A DNA stretch of 64,000 nt from the human T2T-CHM13v2.0 reference genome, Homo sapiens. The position numbers were made by a program, and so were the translations under genes. The notes beneath the pieces were generated by a model. The model ran no database searches. It saw only the letters and a program-made list of their open reading frames with translations, and had not been told where the DNA came from. The stretch is from assembly GCF_009914755.1 (NCBI RefSeq), contig NC_060932.1. One strand, given 5' to 3'. Within the stretch, counting starts at the first letter, position 1; each line of letters starts with the position of its first letter. Of the stretch, positions 1-11,661 are shown in pieces.

Positions 1-605
1 ACTTAGGGCAATGGAGAGCATACCACTATCATTAAATGGATTATCCTATGGTTGATATAATGTAACCCAAAAATTTAAACTAATTGTATTTCTCTGGCTG
101 TAAAAAAAAAAATAGAAAATAAAATCACCTGAGAATTCCACGAAATACTTTCTGCTCTCTTATAATGTGTCAAAGAGTTTAGTGAAAGATTTTTAATGCA
201 CTTGAGATTTTGTTAAACAAATTTGTAACAATTGGGCAGCCATCCCACAAAAAGAAATTGGAATTAATATATAAAAATGGTATTCATCCTTTTTATGGTT
301 TTCTAGATGGGGTTTGCGTATAAATTACATTAAAAGTTGATGCCTATTCATTTAAAAGCCAATATTCTAAAAGGTTCCACTATATATTAGAAATAGTAAG
401 TATGGTGTATTATAGCATCATCATGATGGAGATAGAAAATGTCATTTATTATGGTAATAAGTCAAATAATAACATATAACCTATGTTGGAGCTTGAGGAT
501 TAAAATATATTTTACATCAATTTAAAACAGTAAAATCCAGACATTTAAAGTTTATGCTAAACTAAGATAGAGAATTAACCTCACTAAGAATAAAGTGCAA
601 AGTCT

Positions 606-1635
606 TGTCAGGAGTTCAGTAGAGCTAAGAGAGTTGAGCTGCCAGTTGTTGAAGTTGCCAATTGAGCAAGCCAGAATGAAAGTAACAGTCAAGCTTTTAA
701 TCACTTACTGTATTAGTACAAGTGATAGCAAAAGAGGCCAAACCAAAGAAAGTGCCGACTTCTCCCCCTTCCAGTTCCCCACAACCCAGAACAGCATGAA
801 GTCAAGGGTCAGGTGGATGAGCACAGTGGAAAAGTACTGAGTATACGGGCATACCCTGGAGATAGTGTAGGTTTGGTTTAGACTACTGCAGTGCAGGTTT
901 GGTTTAGACTACTGCAATGAAGTGAATATCCCAATAAAGCAAGTCAGACAATTTTTGTAGTTTCCCAGTGCATATAAAAGTTATTATGTATTCACTATGC
1001 CATAGTTTATTAATGTGTAATAGCATTATGTCTAAAAATGTATACATGCGTATTTTTAAAATATTGTTTAAAAAACTGACACAGAGACATGAGCATGTGC
1101 TATTGGAAAATAGCACCAATGTAGGCTTGCCACAAAAACCTTCAATTTGTAAAAAACACAATATCTTCAAAGCACAATAAAGCAAAGCATAATAAAGCAA
1201 AGCACAATAAAATGAGATGTGCTTGTACTGTCAGGGTGGAGGCAATTTCAAGTTTCCCTCTCTCACCCAGTAATAAGGTCTCCTCAGGGGCTCCCAAGGA
1301 AGGCCGTGGCCAGCAGAAAGCTCCAGATACAAAGCCTTCTGAACCCGGCTCCTAGGTTAGGAATGCAAATATGTGTAAAAGGAAGGGCAACCAGGGACAC
1401 CCGAGTCCTTGACTGCAACTTCCTTCTGAGACTACAAAGCATTGGCTGAATCCTTTGGGGTGGGAAGGGCCAGTTCCCTCAAGAGCCCTGCCAGGTAAAG
1501 CCTTTGTAATTGTCTGTTTGAGCTGGAAAAAATCACATATAGGTTTATTCAAGCAAGGGCTGCTCAATACTGTTTAATCCCTGGAGTCCTAGAGATTCAT
1601 ACATGTCACTGAGACTCCTTGCTTATATTTATACA
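606..1635 (-). mobile_element. Probable old ERVL-class solo LTR, split by the Tigger1 derivative at 846-1225
   Basis: GC-richer block bounded by TG (606) and CA (1635), ~650 bp after removing the Tigger. Family not firmly recognised and no TSD seen. Confidence 0.3.
846..1225 (-). mobile_element. Tigger1 internal-deletion derivative (TcMar DNA transposon)
   Basis: Both Tigger1-like ends (cgggcatacc... and ...gagatgtgcttg), each flanked by TA (844-845, 1226-1227). No transposase interior. Confidence 0.85.
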
Positions 1636-1640
1636 TACCA

Positions 1641-2019
1641 TGCTATGGTTTGAACTTTTGTGTCTTCTCTGAAATATATGTTGAAACTTAAATCTTCAGT
1701 GCAACAGTATTAAGACATGGGGCATGCAGGGGAGTAATTAGGCCATGAGGGCTCTGCCCTCCTAAATGGGATTAGTGTCTAATAAAAGGCTTGAGGGAAC
1801 TAGCTAGGCCTCTTTTGTCATTCCGTCCCATCTGCCATGTGAGGATAACATGTCCAAAGCATCGTCTTAGAAGCAGAGACCAGGCTATCACCAGAAACCA
1901 AAGCTACTGGCACCTTGATCTTGGACTTCCCAGCCTCCAGAATGGTGAGAAATATGTTTCTATTATATATAAATTACAGTCTCTGGTAACTTGTTATAGC
2001 ATACAAATGGACTAAGACA
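1641..2019 (+). mobile_element. MaLR solo LTR (MLT1A/MSTD-like)
   Basis: tgctatggtttgaa start, ttggacttcccagcctccagaa motif, ggactaagaca end; 5-bp TSD tacca/tacct. Confidence 0.88.
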
Positions 2020-3559
2020 TACCTAATTCTAATTGTCTTTCTTGTTTATAGCACACATTTGTTGTCCAAAAGGGATATTCCTGCATATTTTTAGAGAGAT
2101 ACCATGATCCTACTTCCTAACCTTGCATACTCATGAGAAAAGGTCAGTTCTGTGTGGCAAAATCGCTTTGCTATATTTCCATTCCACTTCTCACTCTTTT
2201 CCCACTGATTGTTTTGATTGTTTACAATTTATCTATTTATCTTTTTTTTTTTTCGGAGTTAACCAAGCAACTGACTGAATTTAGTCTAAAGTCCTCAAAG
2301 AGGTACCATGAGCCTAGGATTAGTGTATTGAGGTCATGGTGTGGCAATTGACAGAATGATAAATGAGACATAACTTAGTTTAAGTCTCAACATTCATCAC
2401 ACATTTCTCTAGTTCCTCTCATGGAAAGTACTAAATCGTTTCATATTTGGAAAAAAAAAAGTCTATCTTCTCATATGAACCTTAAACTCTTTTGATCCAT
2501 CAGTGACACTCCAATGTATTTAAAATAGAATTCCAAATACTTAATATGCCCTACAAGGCAATATATCAAATGATTCTGATCAACCTACTTAAATCATACT
2601 ATTCTCAGCCTCTCTCCTATGCAACAACACTGGACTAGGAGATAGTTAGCATTCAGTAAATATCTATTATATATTTAATGAAAAAATAAATAAAAGTAGC
2701 ATAATTAGTGAAAAATTCTGTGTGATGTATGGAACATACCTGCATATATATTTATTAAATTTCATAGGGATGACTTCAAAGATACTTCACCTTATTTGGC
2801 AAAATCTTCAGACACTAAACTTACTATAAAATTAAGCAACTGAAGCTGAATTGTAAACATAATTGCAAAATTAAGGTTATTTTATTAATATTTTTATTTT
2901 TAGATAATTTTAGATTTGCAAACAATTTAAAGAGTTAATGCAGTGAGATCCTGTGTATATTTTACTCAGCTTCTGCAATGTAATGCCTTGAAAAACTGTG
3001 TATGATATTACAATCAGAATATTGACAGAGATGCAATCAAAATGAAAGCTTTTCCATCATGACAAGAATTTCTCTCATTGCTTTGTATACAGACTCTCGT
3101 TTCTCACGTGTTTCCAGCACCTTCTTAACCCATGGCAGTCACTAATATGTTCCCCATTTGTATAATTTTATCATTTCAAGAATGTTATATAAATGGAACT
3201 ATGCAATATGTAACCTTTTGGATTGCATTTTTTTTCCCACTCAGCATGATTCTATGGAGATTCACTGAGGTTGTTGTGTACATCAGTTGCTTATTCCTTT
3301 TCTGTTTTTGAGTGGTGTTCCCTGGTATTGATATACTGCTGTTTGTTTAACCGTCCACCATTAAAGACATCTGGGTTGTTTCCAGTTTGAAGCTGTTATA
3401 AATAATGCTGCTATAAACATTCATGAACAGGTTTTCGTGTATCTTTGTTTCTCTATAGTAGAAGCACAGGAGTGCAGTTGCTGGGTTCCATGGTAGATGC
3501 ATGTTTAGTCTTTTTGCTTGTTTATTGTTATTTTTGTCTTTGTTTAAATAAACTCTCAA

Positions 3560-3680
3560 GGCTGGTCTGAAGGTGGTGAGTTATTTCAAGTGATTGTTCA
3601 CAGTCAGTTACAGATTGAACTCCTTGTTCTACTCTCTCCCCTTGTCTTACTACTGCACTTGACTAGTCATAATAAATAAA
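3560..3680 (+). pseudogene. Y1 RNA (RNY1-like) processed pseudogene
   Basis: Full-length match to hY1 (ggctggtctgaaggtggtgagttat...actgcacttgactagtc, 3560-3668), A-rich tail, 15-bp TSD taaataaactctcaa (3545-3559) / taaataaactaccaa (3681-3695). Confidence 0.93.
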
Positions 3681-4541
3681 TAAATAAACTACCAAACTAT
3701 TTTTTTCCGTAGTAGCTGTATCATTTTACATTCCTACCAGCAAAGTATGAGAGATCCAGTTGTTCCATAGCCTCTTCAGCATTTCATGTCTCACTATTTT
3801 TTATCTCATAGGTATGTAGTGATAGCTCACACATGGTTTTAATTTGCATTTGCCTAATGGCTACTGAAGTTGAATATATTTTTATGTGGTAATCTGCCAT
3901 TGTCTATATGTCTTCTTTGTTGAAATGTTTCTTCATGTCTTTTGCCAATATTCGAATTGCTTTGTTTGCTCCTACAATTTAGTTTTGAGAGTCCTTTCTA
4001 TATTATAGACACTAGTCCTTTGTGGATATGTGGTTTGCAAACATTTTCTTTCACTCTGTTGCTTGTCTTTTCGTACTCTACTGGATCTTTCACAGAGAAA
4101 AGTTTTTAAATTTGATGCAATCCAATTTATGATTTTTTCCTTTTATGACTCACAGTACTGATTTCACATCTAAGAACTTTCTGCCTAGCCCTACATCCTG
4201 AAAATTGTATACTATTTTTTCTCACTTTTATAGATTTATATCTTACATTTAAGTCTGTGATACATTTCAAGTTACATTTTCCTTAACATGAGATTAAGGT
4301 TGGGTATTCTTTGCCTTCCTGGTTTTTTTTTTATTATTATTATAGATTTTCATTTACTCCAGCACTGTTTGTTGAAAAGGTTCTTTCCTCCATTGGATCA
4401 CTTTTCACTTTTGTCAAAAATTGTTTGGGGATATTTGTGTGTTTATTTCTGGGTTTTCTATTCTCTTCCACTGTTCTATGTGATATCTACCCCTCTGCCA
4501 ATACCACACATTCTTTATGACTTTAGTAATATAAGAACTCT

Positions 4542-4589
4542 TGAAATTGAAAGAATGACACTTCCTGAAATTGGAAGAATGACACTTCA
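4542..4589. repeat. 24-bp tandem duplication inside old L1
   Basis: tgaaattgaaagaatgacacttcc followed by tgaaattggaagaatgacacttca. Confidence 0.85.
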
Positions 4590-5374
4590 TTCTTCTCTTT
4601 CAAAATTGTTTAGCTATTCCAGTCCCTTGCTTTCCATATAAATTTTGTAATTTTCTTAATCATGTCTAAAAGTCTTACTGGGATTTCCTGGAAATTGTGT
4701 TAAAACTATAAATCTGTATGTCACTTTTGGGAGAATTACTGTCTTTACTATTTTGAGTTTTCCAATCCATGAAAATGCTCTGTTTCTGCATTATTTAGAT
4801 CTTTGATTTCTTTCATTGTGTGTAGTCCTCAGCATACATGTTCTGTATATGTTTTACACCTAATTATTTCCTGTACTTAAGTATTTCCTTTCTTCACATG
4901 ATCGTGTTACTGTGCTTTTAATTTTTCTTTTCATATGTTCAGTGCTAATATATAAAATGGAATTTACTTTTGTATGATCAACTTGTGTCTGAATACTCAT
5001 TTATTAGCAGTAGGAGAGGAGTATTTATCAGTTTTTTTGTTTTTTGTTTGTTTTGTATTCCTTGATATTATCTACATAGAAAATCATGTCATCTGCAATT
5101 AGGGACAATTATATTTCTTTCTTCTGATCTATATGACATTTATTTTATTTTCTTGCCTTTGTGAACTAACTATAACTTCTAGCAGTGAATTGAATAGAAT
5201 GGTGAGACTAGACATCATTGTCTGTTGATCACAGAGGAAATTTCAGTTTTTCACCGTTAAGCACAAGGTTAACTGGAGGTTTATTGTATATTTTATTTAT
5301 TTTTTTAAATTTTTGGTTAAGTTAAGAAAGTTCCCTTTATTCAAGTTTGCTGAAAGATTTTGGTTGTTTGGTAT

Positions 5375-5711
5375 TTTCTTTTTTGTTGCTGTGTTTGAGG
5401 GTGTCATTCTGTTACCCGGACTGCAGTGCAGTGGCATGATCAAGGCTCATTGCAGTCTAGGCCTCTCAGACTCTCTTGATACTTCTACCTCAACATCCCA
5501 AGTAGATGGGACTACCAGTGCGTGCCAACACTCCCAGTTAATTGTTTCATTGTTGGTGGTGGTGGTGTTGTTTGTTTGCCTTATTTTTGTTGTTGTTGAG
5601 ATAGGGTTTTACTATGTTGGCCAGGATGGTCTCCAACTCCTCGGCTCAACTGATTCATCTGCCTTGGCATCCCAAAGTACTAGGATTGCAAGGATGAGGC
5701 ACCACTCCCAG
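5375..5711 (-). mobile_element. AluJ (diverged)
   Basis: Antisense dimeric Alu (tgcagtggcatgatcaaggctca; cccaaagtactaggatt) with the middle A-rich linker expanded to gtt/ggt repeats. Confidence 0.9.
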
Positions 5712-6599
5712 TATTTTTTTGGTATTTTTAAAATCATGAATGAGTGTTGAATTTTGTCAAATGCTATTTCTGAACTAATCAGTATGATCATGTAATTTTT
5801 CTTTCTTACTTAGCCTATTACTCTGATGAATTACACCACTGAAATAAATCTTTTACCCCTGAAATAAACCCTATTTGATCATGATGTATGACTTCTTATA
5901 TATTGCTGAATTCTATTTGCTTATATTTTGTTGTGGATTTCTGTATCCATATCAATAAGGAATATTGACCTGTGCTTTTCTCTTTTGCACTCTTAGTCAT
6001 TTTAAGGCACTGGGGTAATAGTTAGCTTCATAAAACGAATTGGAAAATGCCCTGTACTATTCTATTTTTAATAGATAAATTAAAATTGATATTAATTATT
6101 TCCTAAATGTTCAAAAGAATTCCTCAGTGAAACCATATGAGTTTGGAGAATCTTTATGGAAACTTTTAAATTATGGACTCAACTTCTTTAATAGTTATAG
6201 AACTATTCAAATTACTTATTTAATATTGAGTTAAATGTGCTTTTTTGAGAAAGTAGTCCATTTTGCTCAAGTTATCAAATTCGCATATGTAGACTTGTTT
6301 TATGTCATCACTATGCTTTTGAAATCTGCCAGAGTCAGTAATGGTAGCCATTTAAAAAACTACAGACATTAGTAATTTGTGTTCTCATTCGTTTTTAAAA
6401 TCAGTCTTGCTAGAAGTTTGTCAATTTTATTGATCTTTACAGTGGACCATCTCTTTGTTTCATTAGTATTTTCCATTTATTTTTCTGTTCTTAATTTCAC
6501 TGATCTTTTTGTTATTTTTTTATCTTCAAGATTCCTTTCCTTCTTCATGATTTGAGTTTAGTTTTCTCTTCTTTTTTAGTCAGTTGTCTAAAAGTTGTA

Positions 6600-6900
6600 C
6601 AACTTACTACACTCCTTCTTTCCTGATCCTTTTATGAGAGAAGAACAGGCAGTGCTTGAGGCATTGATTTTTTCTTCCTTTTGGAATTTCCAGATTTCTG
6701 ACTTCTTTAGCTGCAAGTCTGGTGCATGAGGATCACAGAAGACTCACATCTGTCTTGTTATTTGAGGCCTGCATTCCATGGCTAGTCTGTCTTCTCTCCA
6801 CTTTTCAGTGTCTTCTTCTATTTGTTTGACATATGATGTTGAGGTTTTATGTTTGTCCTTAGCTGGAGATGTAAGGAAAAGTATTTCTTTTCAAAAACTG
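6600..6900 (-). mobile_element. Old L1M 5' end fragment
   Basis: cttctctccacttttcagtgtcttcttctatttgttt...tagctggagatgtaaggaaaagta resembles recalled antisense L1MC/MD 5' termini. Confidence 0.5.
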
Positions 6901-8693
6901 ACATTGTCTTTGAAATATCTTTGACATATCTTCTTGAAAGAAGTATCTTCTATTTTTTTGTTTAATAATACAACATTTTGATCTCTGCTACATTTCATAA
7001 AACAAATGCAACTAATTAAGTACACTTCCCTTAGGTATGAAGTATGAAGTTAATTTACTATGCAGATAAAGAAGTAAATGGAACTCAATTATAATTTACA
7101 AGAAACAAAGTCAGAGTGAATTTGGTTTTTACCAGTAGTTATTTTTTATACATTAAAATAAATAAGTAAGCAAACTTGACTGGGGAAAAAAAGAAAGCTA
7201 TTACCCAGGGAAGTAAGCCTACAAGTAAGCCTGCTAAAGCATTTTAAGCGAAACAAAATGGAAAATTATACTTAAATTCAGCCTGTGGAAGTTAGACTGA
7301 TGCACCTTTTTGTACAAAAAGTTTATAAAGTTATTTGCTATACAAGCATGTTTTATCCAAGACTTCATGTTTTTTCCTACTACTTAAGAGATACCTACGT
7401 ATTCATCTTAGTGGTCATATTTCAGTTTTGAAAGCAGTAAGAATGTTAGAATCTGTTGATGTCCATCTAAAAAAGTTTTATTTCTTATTTATCCACATTC
7501 CTTTATATATCTTTGTCTTTCAACCATGGTACTTATACATTTATAGTAGTGGTTTTAGTTATTAAAAAATGTCCATAAGGTGTTTATTTTAAAAATAATT
7601 TTCCTTTGTTTTTGTAGTATTCTCATTAAGTTTTCTAAAGTGGGTAGAGAAGGAACATATGAATATAATACTTGCTAAAAGACAACATAAATAGCAGGCA
7701 CATAACTAAAGCATCTATGCCAACTGAATGAAAACCATATATATGTGTATGCATATCTATATCCAGATTTAATTATTTTACTTGAATCAGAGTAAGATTT
7801 GAGACCTGATCTGGTTCAACATTCTCTCAAGAGGTTCTTCATTCTTTTTGGCTTCATCTCATCAAAATGCATCTTGAGAATGATATTAAAATGGCAAAAG
7901 GCCAGAGTCTTTCCCCAACCAAAAATATCAGTATTCATGTAGGCCTGTAGATAAAGGTACAATTTTAATTTTTTCAAATGTCTACTGGTTGATAAGAATA
8001 TTGCTTACATTCGGAATAACATTATTTAAAAATTCAAATTCATATGGGAAAGCAGTTTTGAAAGGTCTTATAATTAAAATTCCTCTCCGTATTATATAAT
8101 GATGGTCTCAGGTAATAGTGTAGATGGAATACAGTAAAAGTACGCTAAACACTTGTTATTGTATCCAGGGAAGACAATAGACCAGGTAAATCTCAGAGGG
8201 AAAATGATTGCCTGTAGTAGATAATTATGTGCAAAAGGCTGCCTGTCACATAGATGATTACAACTGACAATGGAATTAGTATACTCCTCAGGCTGTGAAA
8301 AGTAGTCTGCCAATGGCTGGGCAGACTCAGTAGGAAAGTAGTATTGTACTGAAATTCATGTATCTGCCTAAGCATATTCTTATTTATTCCGTCTTTTACT
8401 CAATATACCTTAAAAATCTGTCTACACAGGATGTGGTTTCAGATGTAAAGAAAATTATAATTGTATCTCTGCCCTCAAATAGCTTAGAAACTTTTGTGAC
8501 TTGGACTGTATACCATATAGAATAGCACATGGGAAGATACATAAGATTAAAAGAAAACACATAAATAATGTAGGCAAAAAAAATTCTGAAAGGAAAATGA
8601 GACCTTACTGGAGCCAATAATATTTAGGATAAATGACAATTACAATGCATAGAAGTCAGATGTGCAAAAATAAGCAGGTAAGCAATCCAGGTA

Positions 8694-9010
8694 GTATGGT
8701 TCTCAGCCTCGGCACTATTGACATAGTGGAAAATTAATTATTCATTGTGGGAACTGTTTTATGTCTCCAGACATTGAAAAACTGGCTCCAGGTGTTAGAG
8801 TTGCCAGATTTCACAAGTAAAGTTAAGTAGTTTAGCAAATAAAAAATAAAACACCACTTAAATTTGAAATTCAGACAAACAACAAAAATAACTTAGCACA
8901 ATTATGTCCCATATTAACCATTGTCTGAAAATCAAAGTTAACTTGCCTGGCTGTAATTTATCTGTCAGTTCTAACTGGAAGATTAAGTCACCAGTGGCTG
9001 GAAACCACTG
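8694..9010. mobile_element. MER20 (hAT-Charlie MITE), internally deleted and interrupted by MER53
   Basis: ttctcagcctcggcactattgacat, atgtctccagacattg and terminal gaaaccactg match MER20. Confidence 0.75.
8796..8973. mobile_element. MER53 (palindromic hAT MITE)
   Basis: tagagttgccagattt...ttaaatttgaaattcagacaaacaac...tatgtcccat...tttatctgtcagttcta. Confidence 0.8.
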
Positions 9011-9259
9011 AGTTAGAGGAAAAGCAAGACCGGATTTCACAGTGGGAATTCGCTAGTTGTGTTTGAGGAACAATGAATTGACAAGGTTTCAGCATAACTT
9101 TTTAAACAAGTGTGTATCTCGTATGTACCTGCCTAGGATTGTTCTTGGTAGAGGGCAAAGAGTAGGGAATAGAAAATACAAAAATTTCCCTGCATGGTGG
9201 GAATTACGTTAAAGTAAGGTGAAGACAGTAAACACAAAGCTGAGTAAATTATGACTTAC

Positions 9260-9620
9260 TGGTCAGTATAAACCAGATTTTGTTGCTACAGGATCAAACA
9301 ACCCCCAAAATTTCTATGACTAAGAACAGCAAACATACATTTTGTTGTTGTTTGCTTGCTTGTTTACTTTTTCCCTGTTCCTATGTTTCATGTCCATCAT
9401 GACGATTAGCTGTAACCATGCTTCACATCGCCTTCACTCCAGCTCCGAGGTTGCCAGAGAAGTCTCCCTCTGCAACATTTCTGCTTTTCTTGGGTTAGGA
9501 AAATCAGAGTGCAGCAAAACATAGGCTGACTCTTAAAGGTTTCACTCAGATTTCATTAACCAATGCAACCACATTGCCCTAAGTAGAGGGTGAATGTGTA
9601 AACCCCCCACCAGTAAGTGT
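9260..9620 (-). mobile_element. Old MaLR LTR (MLT1I/J-like)
   Basis: tttgttgctacagg..caaacaacccccaaaatttctatgactaa and gctgactcttaaaggttt motifs. Confidence 0.5.
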
Positions 9621-9664
9621 AAAAACTATAAAATGTTAAAAACATGTATTAAGTTAAGAATCAC

Positions 9665-10000
9665 GATATCTTAGATTTGTTTCCCACAAAAAGGAGCATG
9701 AGATATGGAGTTGGATTTAGGTAGTTTTTATAATATGTTACTCCAGAAAATTAGAATCAGGCTGTGTGGCGAGTGAGACAGAGAAGGAGGAAAGAACTAT
9801 TATGAGAGCACCCTACAGAGTCCACTGTGCTGCTTTGGGTAAGGGGGGTTTGTATTGTCTTTACTGGCACTTCCCGAGTAGCATCAAGAATATTTATTGG
9901 GGATTGTCTACTAAGAAAGACAGAATGCTAGAGCATTTCTCCACTAGCTCTGTTCCCCAGTGAGTGGCACCAAATAAGAGGGGAGGAATACCATCTACCA
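9665..10000 (-). mobile_element. Old ERVL LTR fragment (LTR16/LTR33-like)
   Basis: cttagatttgtttccca...gagatatggagttgga..taggtagttt...gagtgagacagagaaggaggaaag pattern. Confidence 0.4.
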
Positions 10001-11206
10001 TGTATGGAGTTTCTGATTCAGGCTGGTAAGTGATACTAAGATAAAGGGAAAACAAAACAAAGGAGCAGAATAGGAATGAATATATAACAAAGGTAGTGGA
10101 CACTTGATTTTTATAATATTTGTTGGATGGTTAGGAGAGGTGACATTTGAGGAAAATTCTGAAAGCAATGCAAGAGATCTTCATGGATATATCGGGGGAA
10201 AAAGAATCCAGGCGGAGTAATAGCAGTTATAAAGAGCCTACCGCAGTGCACATGGGACACTAAGGCAACTGGAGCTGGAAAGCTGCCAGGGAGAAGGACA
10301 GTTGTAAAATACTAGGTCAAAAAGACAATAAGGACTGGGAGATCATGTAGATCCATGTAGGCCATTGAAAAGATTTAGGATTTACTCCAAGTGAAACTGG
10401 GAGCCATTGGAAAATTTAAAACGGAGAAGTGACATTAACTATTTTTAAAAGAATACTCTTGCTGCTGTACTGAAATACACTGTAAGAGGGCAAGATCAAA
10501 AGCAGAGAAACTAGTTCAAAGGCAAGGACAATAACAGAAGTGAGGATCACACATTCAAAGAAGGTGGTAGCAACAGAAGCAGTGGAAAGTCTATCATCTG
10601 GATAGATTATGAAAATACAAGGTTTGGTTTTGCTGATGAATCTGTGTGTGATGTTAGATAAAGAAAATAATCAACCTAAGCAATCCACAAGTTAAAGTTC
10701 CCATTGAATTTAAGAAAACCTCAGAAGGTTTAGGAGTTGAGAATAAGAGGCTTTTGCCCTGGTCATGCTGAGTTTGAGATGATTACCAGACATCTAAAGG
10801 GAGAAGTTTTATAAGCATTTGAAAATGAAGAGAGATTCAAGCAAGAAGAATAAAATGTGGAACTTCAGTGTGTTAATTGAGTTTTAAATCATGAGATTCA
10901 GTGAAATGATAAAAAGAGTAAGGTAAGAAAGGCATAATTTTTTTTTTATCTTTTGATTCCCCTGGAGAAACAAACTTTATCTTGACTATTGTATGTGTCC
11001 ACCAAAAGCTAAAAATAATTGTTCTAGAAACACACAAAAATCGGCTGTTTCTATACCAGTACTATTCTGTATTATAATATTTGCTTCAGAGAATAGGGAA
11101 AGATAATCTGTGTGAATTATGCCAAAGATAAAAAGTATGTTCACATAAATCACTGTGATTGATGTTTTAAAACTTTATTTTTTATTTCAAATTTATAATA
11201 CTTTTA

Positions 11207-11661
11207 TTATGGGGAGACAATTCTCCATAGATCTCTTACATTTTGGCACATCTTTTGAATGGACTGCCATTCTTTTGGTTTATCTTTTTTAATATGATTA
11301 TATAGCAAAAAATCTTGAAATTCTGCTACAGTGTGTCTCTCCTGAGCAAAGATCAGGCATGCTTTATTGCACGTTTTAATAGCTTCAAGCTCCTCAGATC
11401 TGAATTCCCCTCAGATAATGCAACACACTCTAGGTCCAGATTGTACCTGGTTCTTCTTGCATTGCCTTGCATAATCAGGGCCTTAGGAAACTAGAGCAAA
11501 ACAATCCTGATACACTGGCTATTGCTTTTACTGAGGACTGAAGTCCTTTGTCTCTGACCCAGGATACTCATGTCGTCTGCTAGTATCTATGAAACTGTGG
11601 CTAGTTACCTTGGCAAGTTGTACTCTGAGTCAATATCTCATACTTTTTACAGTTCTTAACA
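11207..11661 (+). mobile_element. LTR40-family ERVL LTR
   Basis: gggagacaattctccatagatctct start, aagtcctttgtctctgacccagga, catgtcgtctgctagtatctatgaaactgtggc, and acagttcttaaca end. Confidence 0.75.

Larger units (their letters stand above)
2880..6580 (-). mobile_element. Old L1 (L1MB/L1MC-type) 3' UTR plus ORF2 remnant
   Basis: Antisense L1M 3' end near 2880-3400 followed by degenerate antisense ORF2 (ttacattcctaccagcaa, tcagtcttgctagaagtttgtcaattttattgatc). Interrupted by a Y RNA copy and an AluJ. Confidence 0.85.
9090..10930 (-). mobile_element. L2 3' region, interrupted by two old LTRs
   Basis: Typical antisense L2a motifs: gaggtgacatttgag, gggagccattggaaaattt, gagtttgagatg...ccagacatct. 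Confidence 0.75.

Noticed and set aside
8304-8327. Hairpin agtctgcc-N8-ggcagact
   Set aside because: An 8-bp stem is expected by chance in 64 kb and has no other support.
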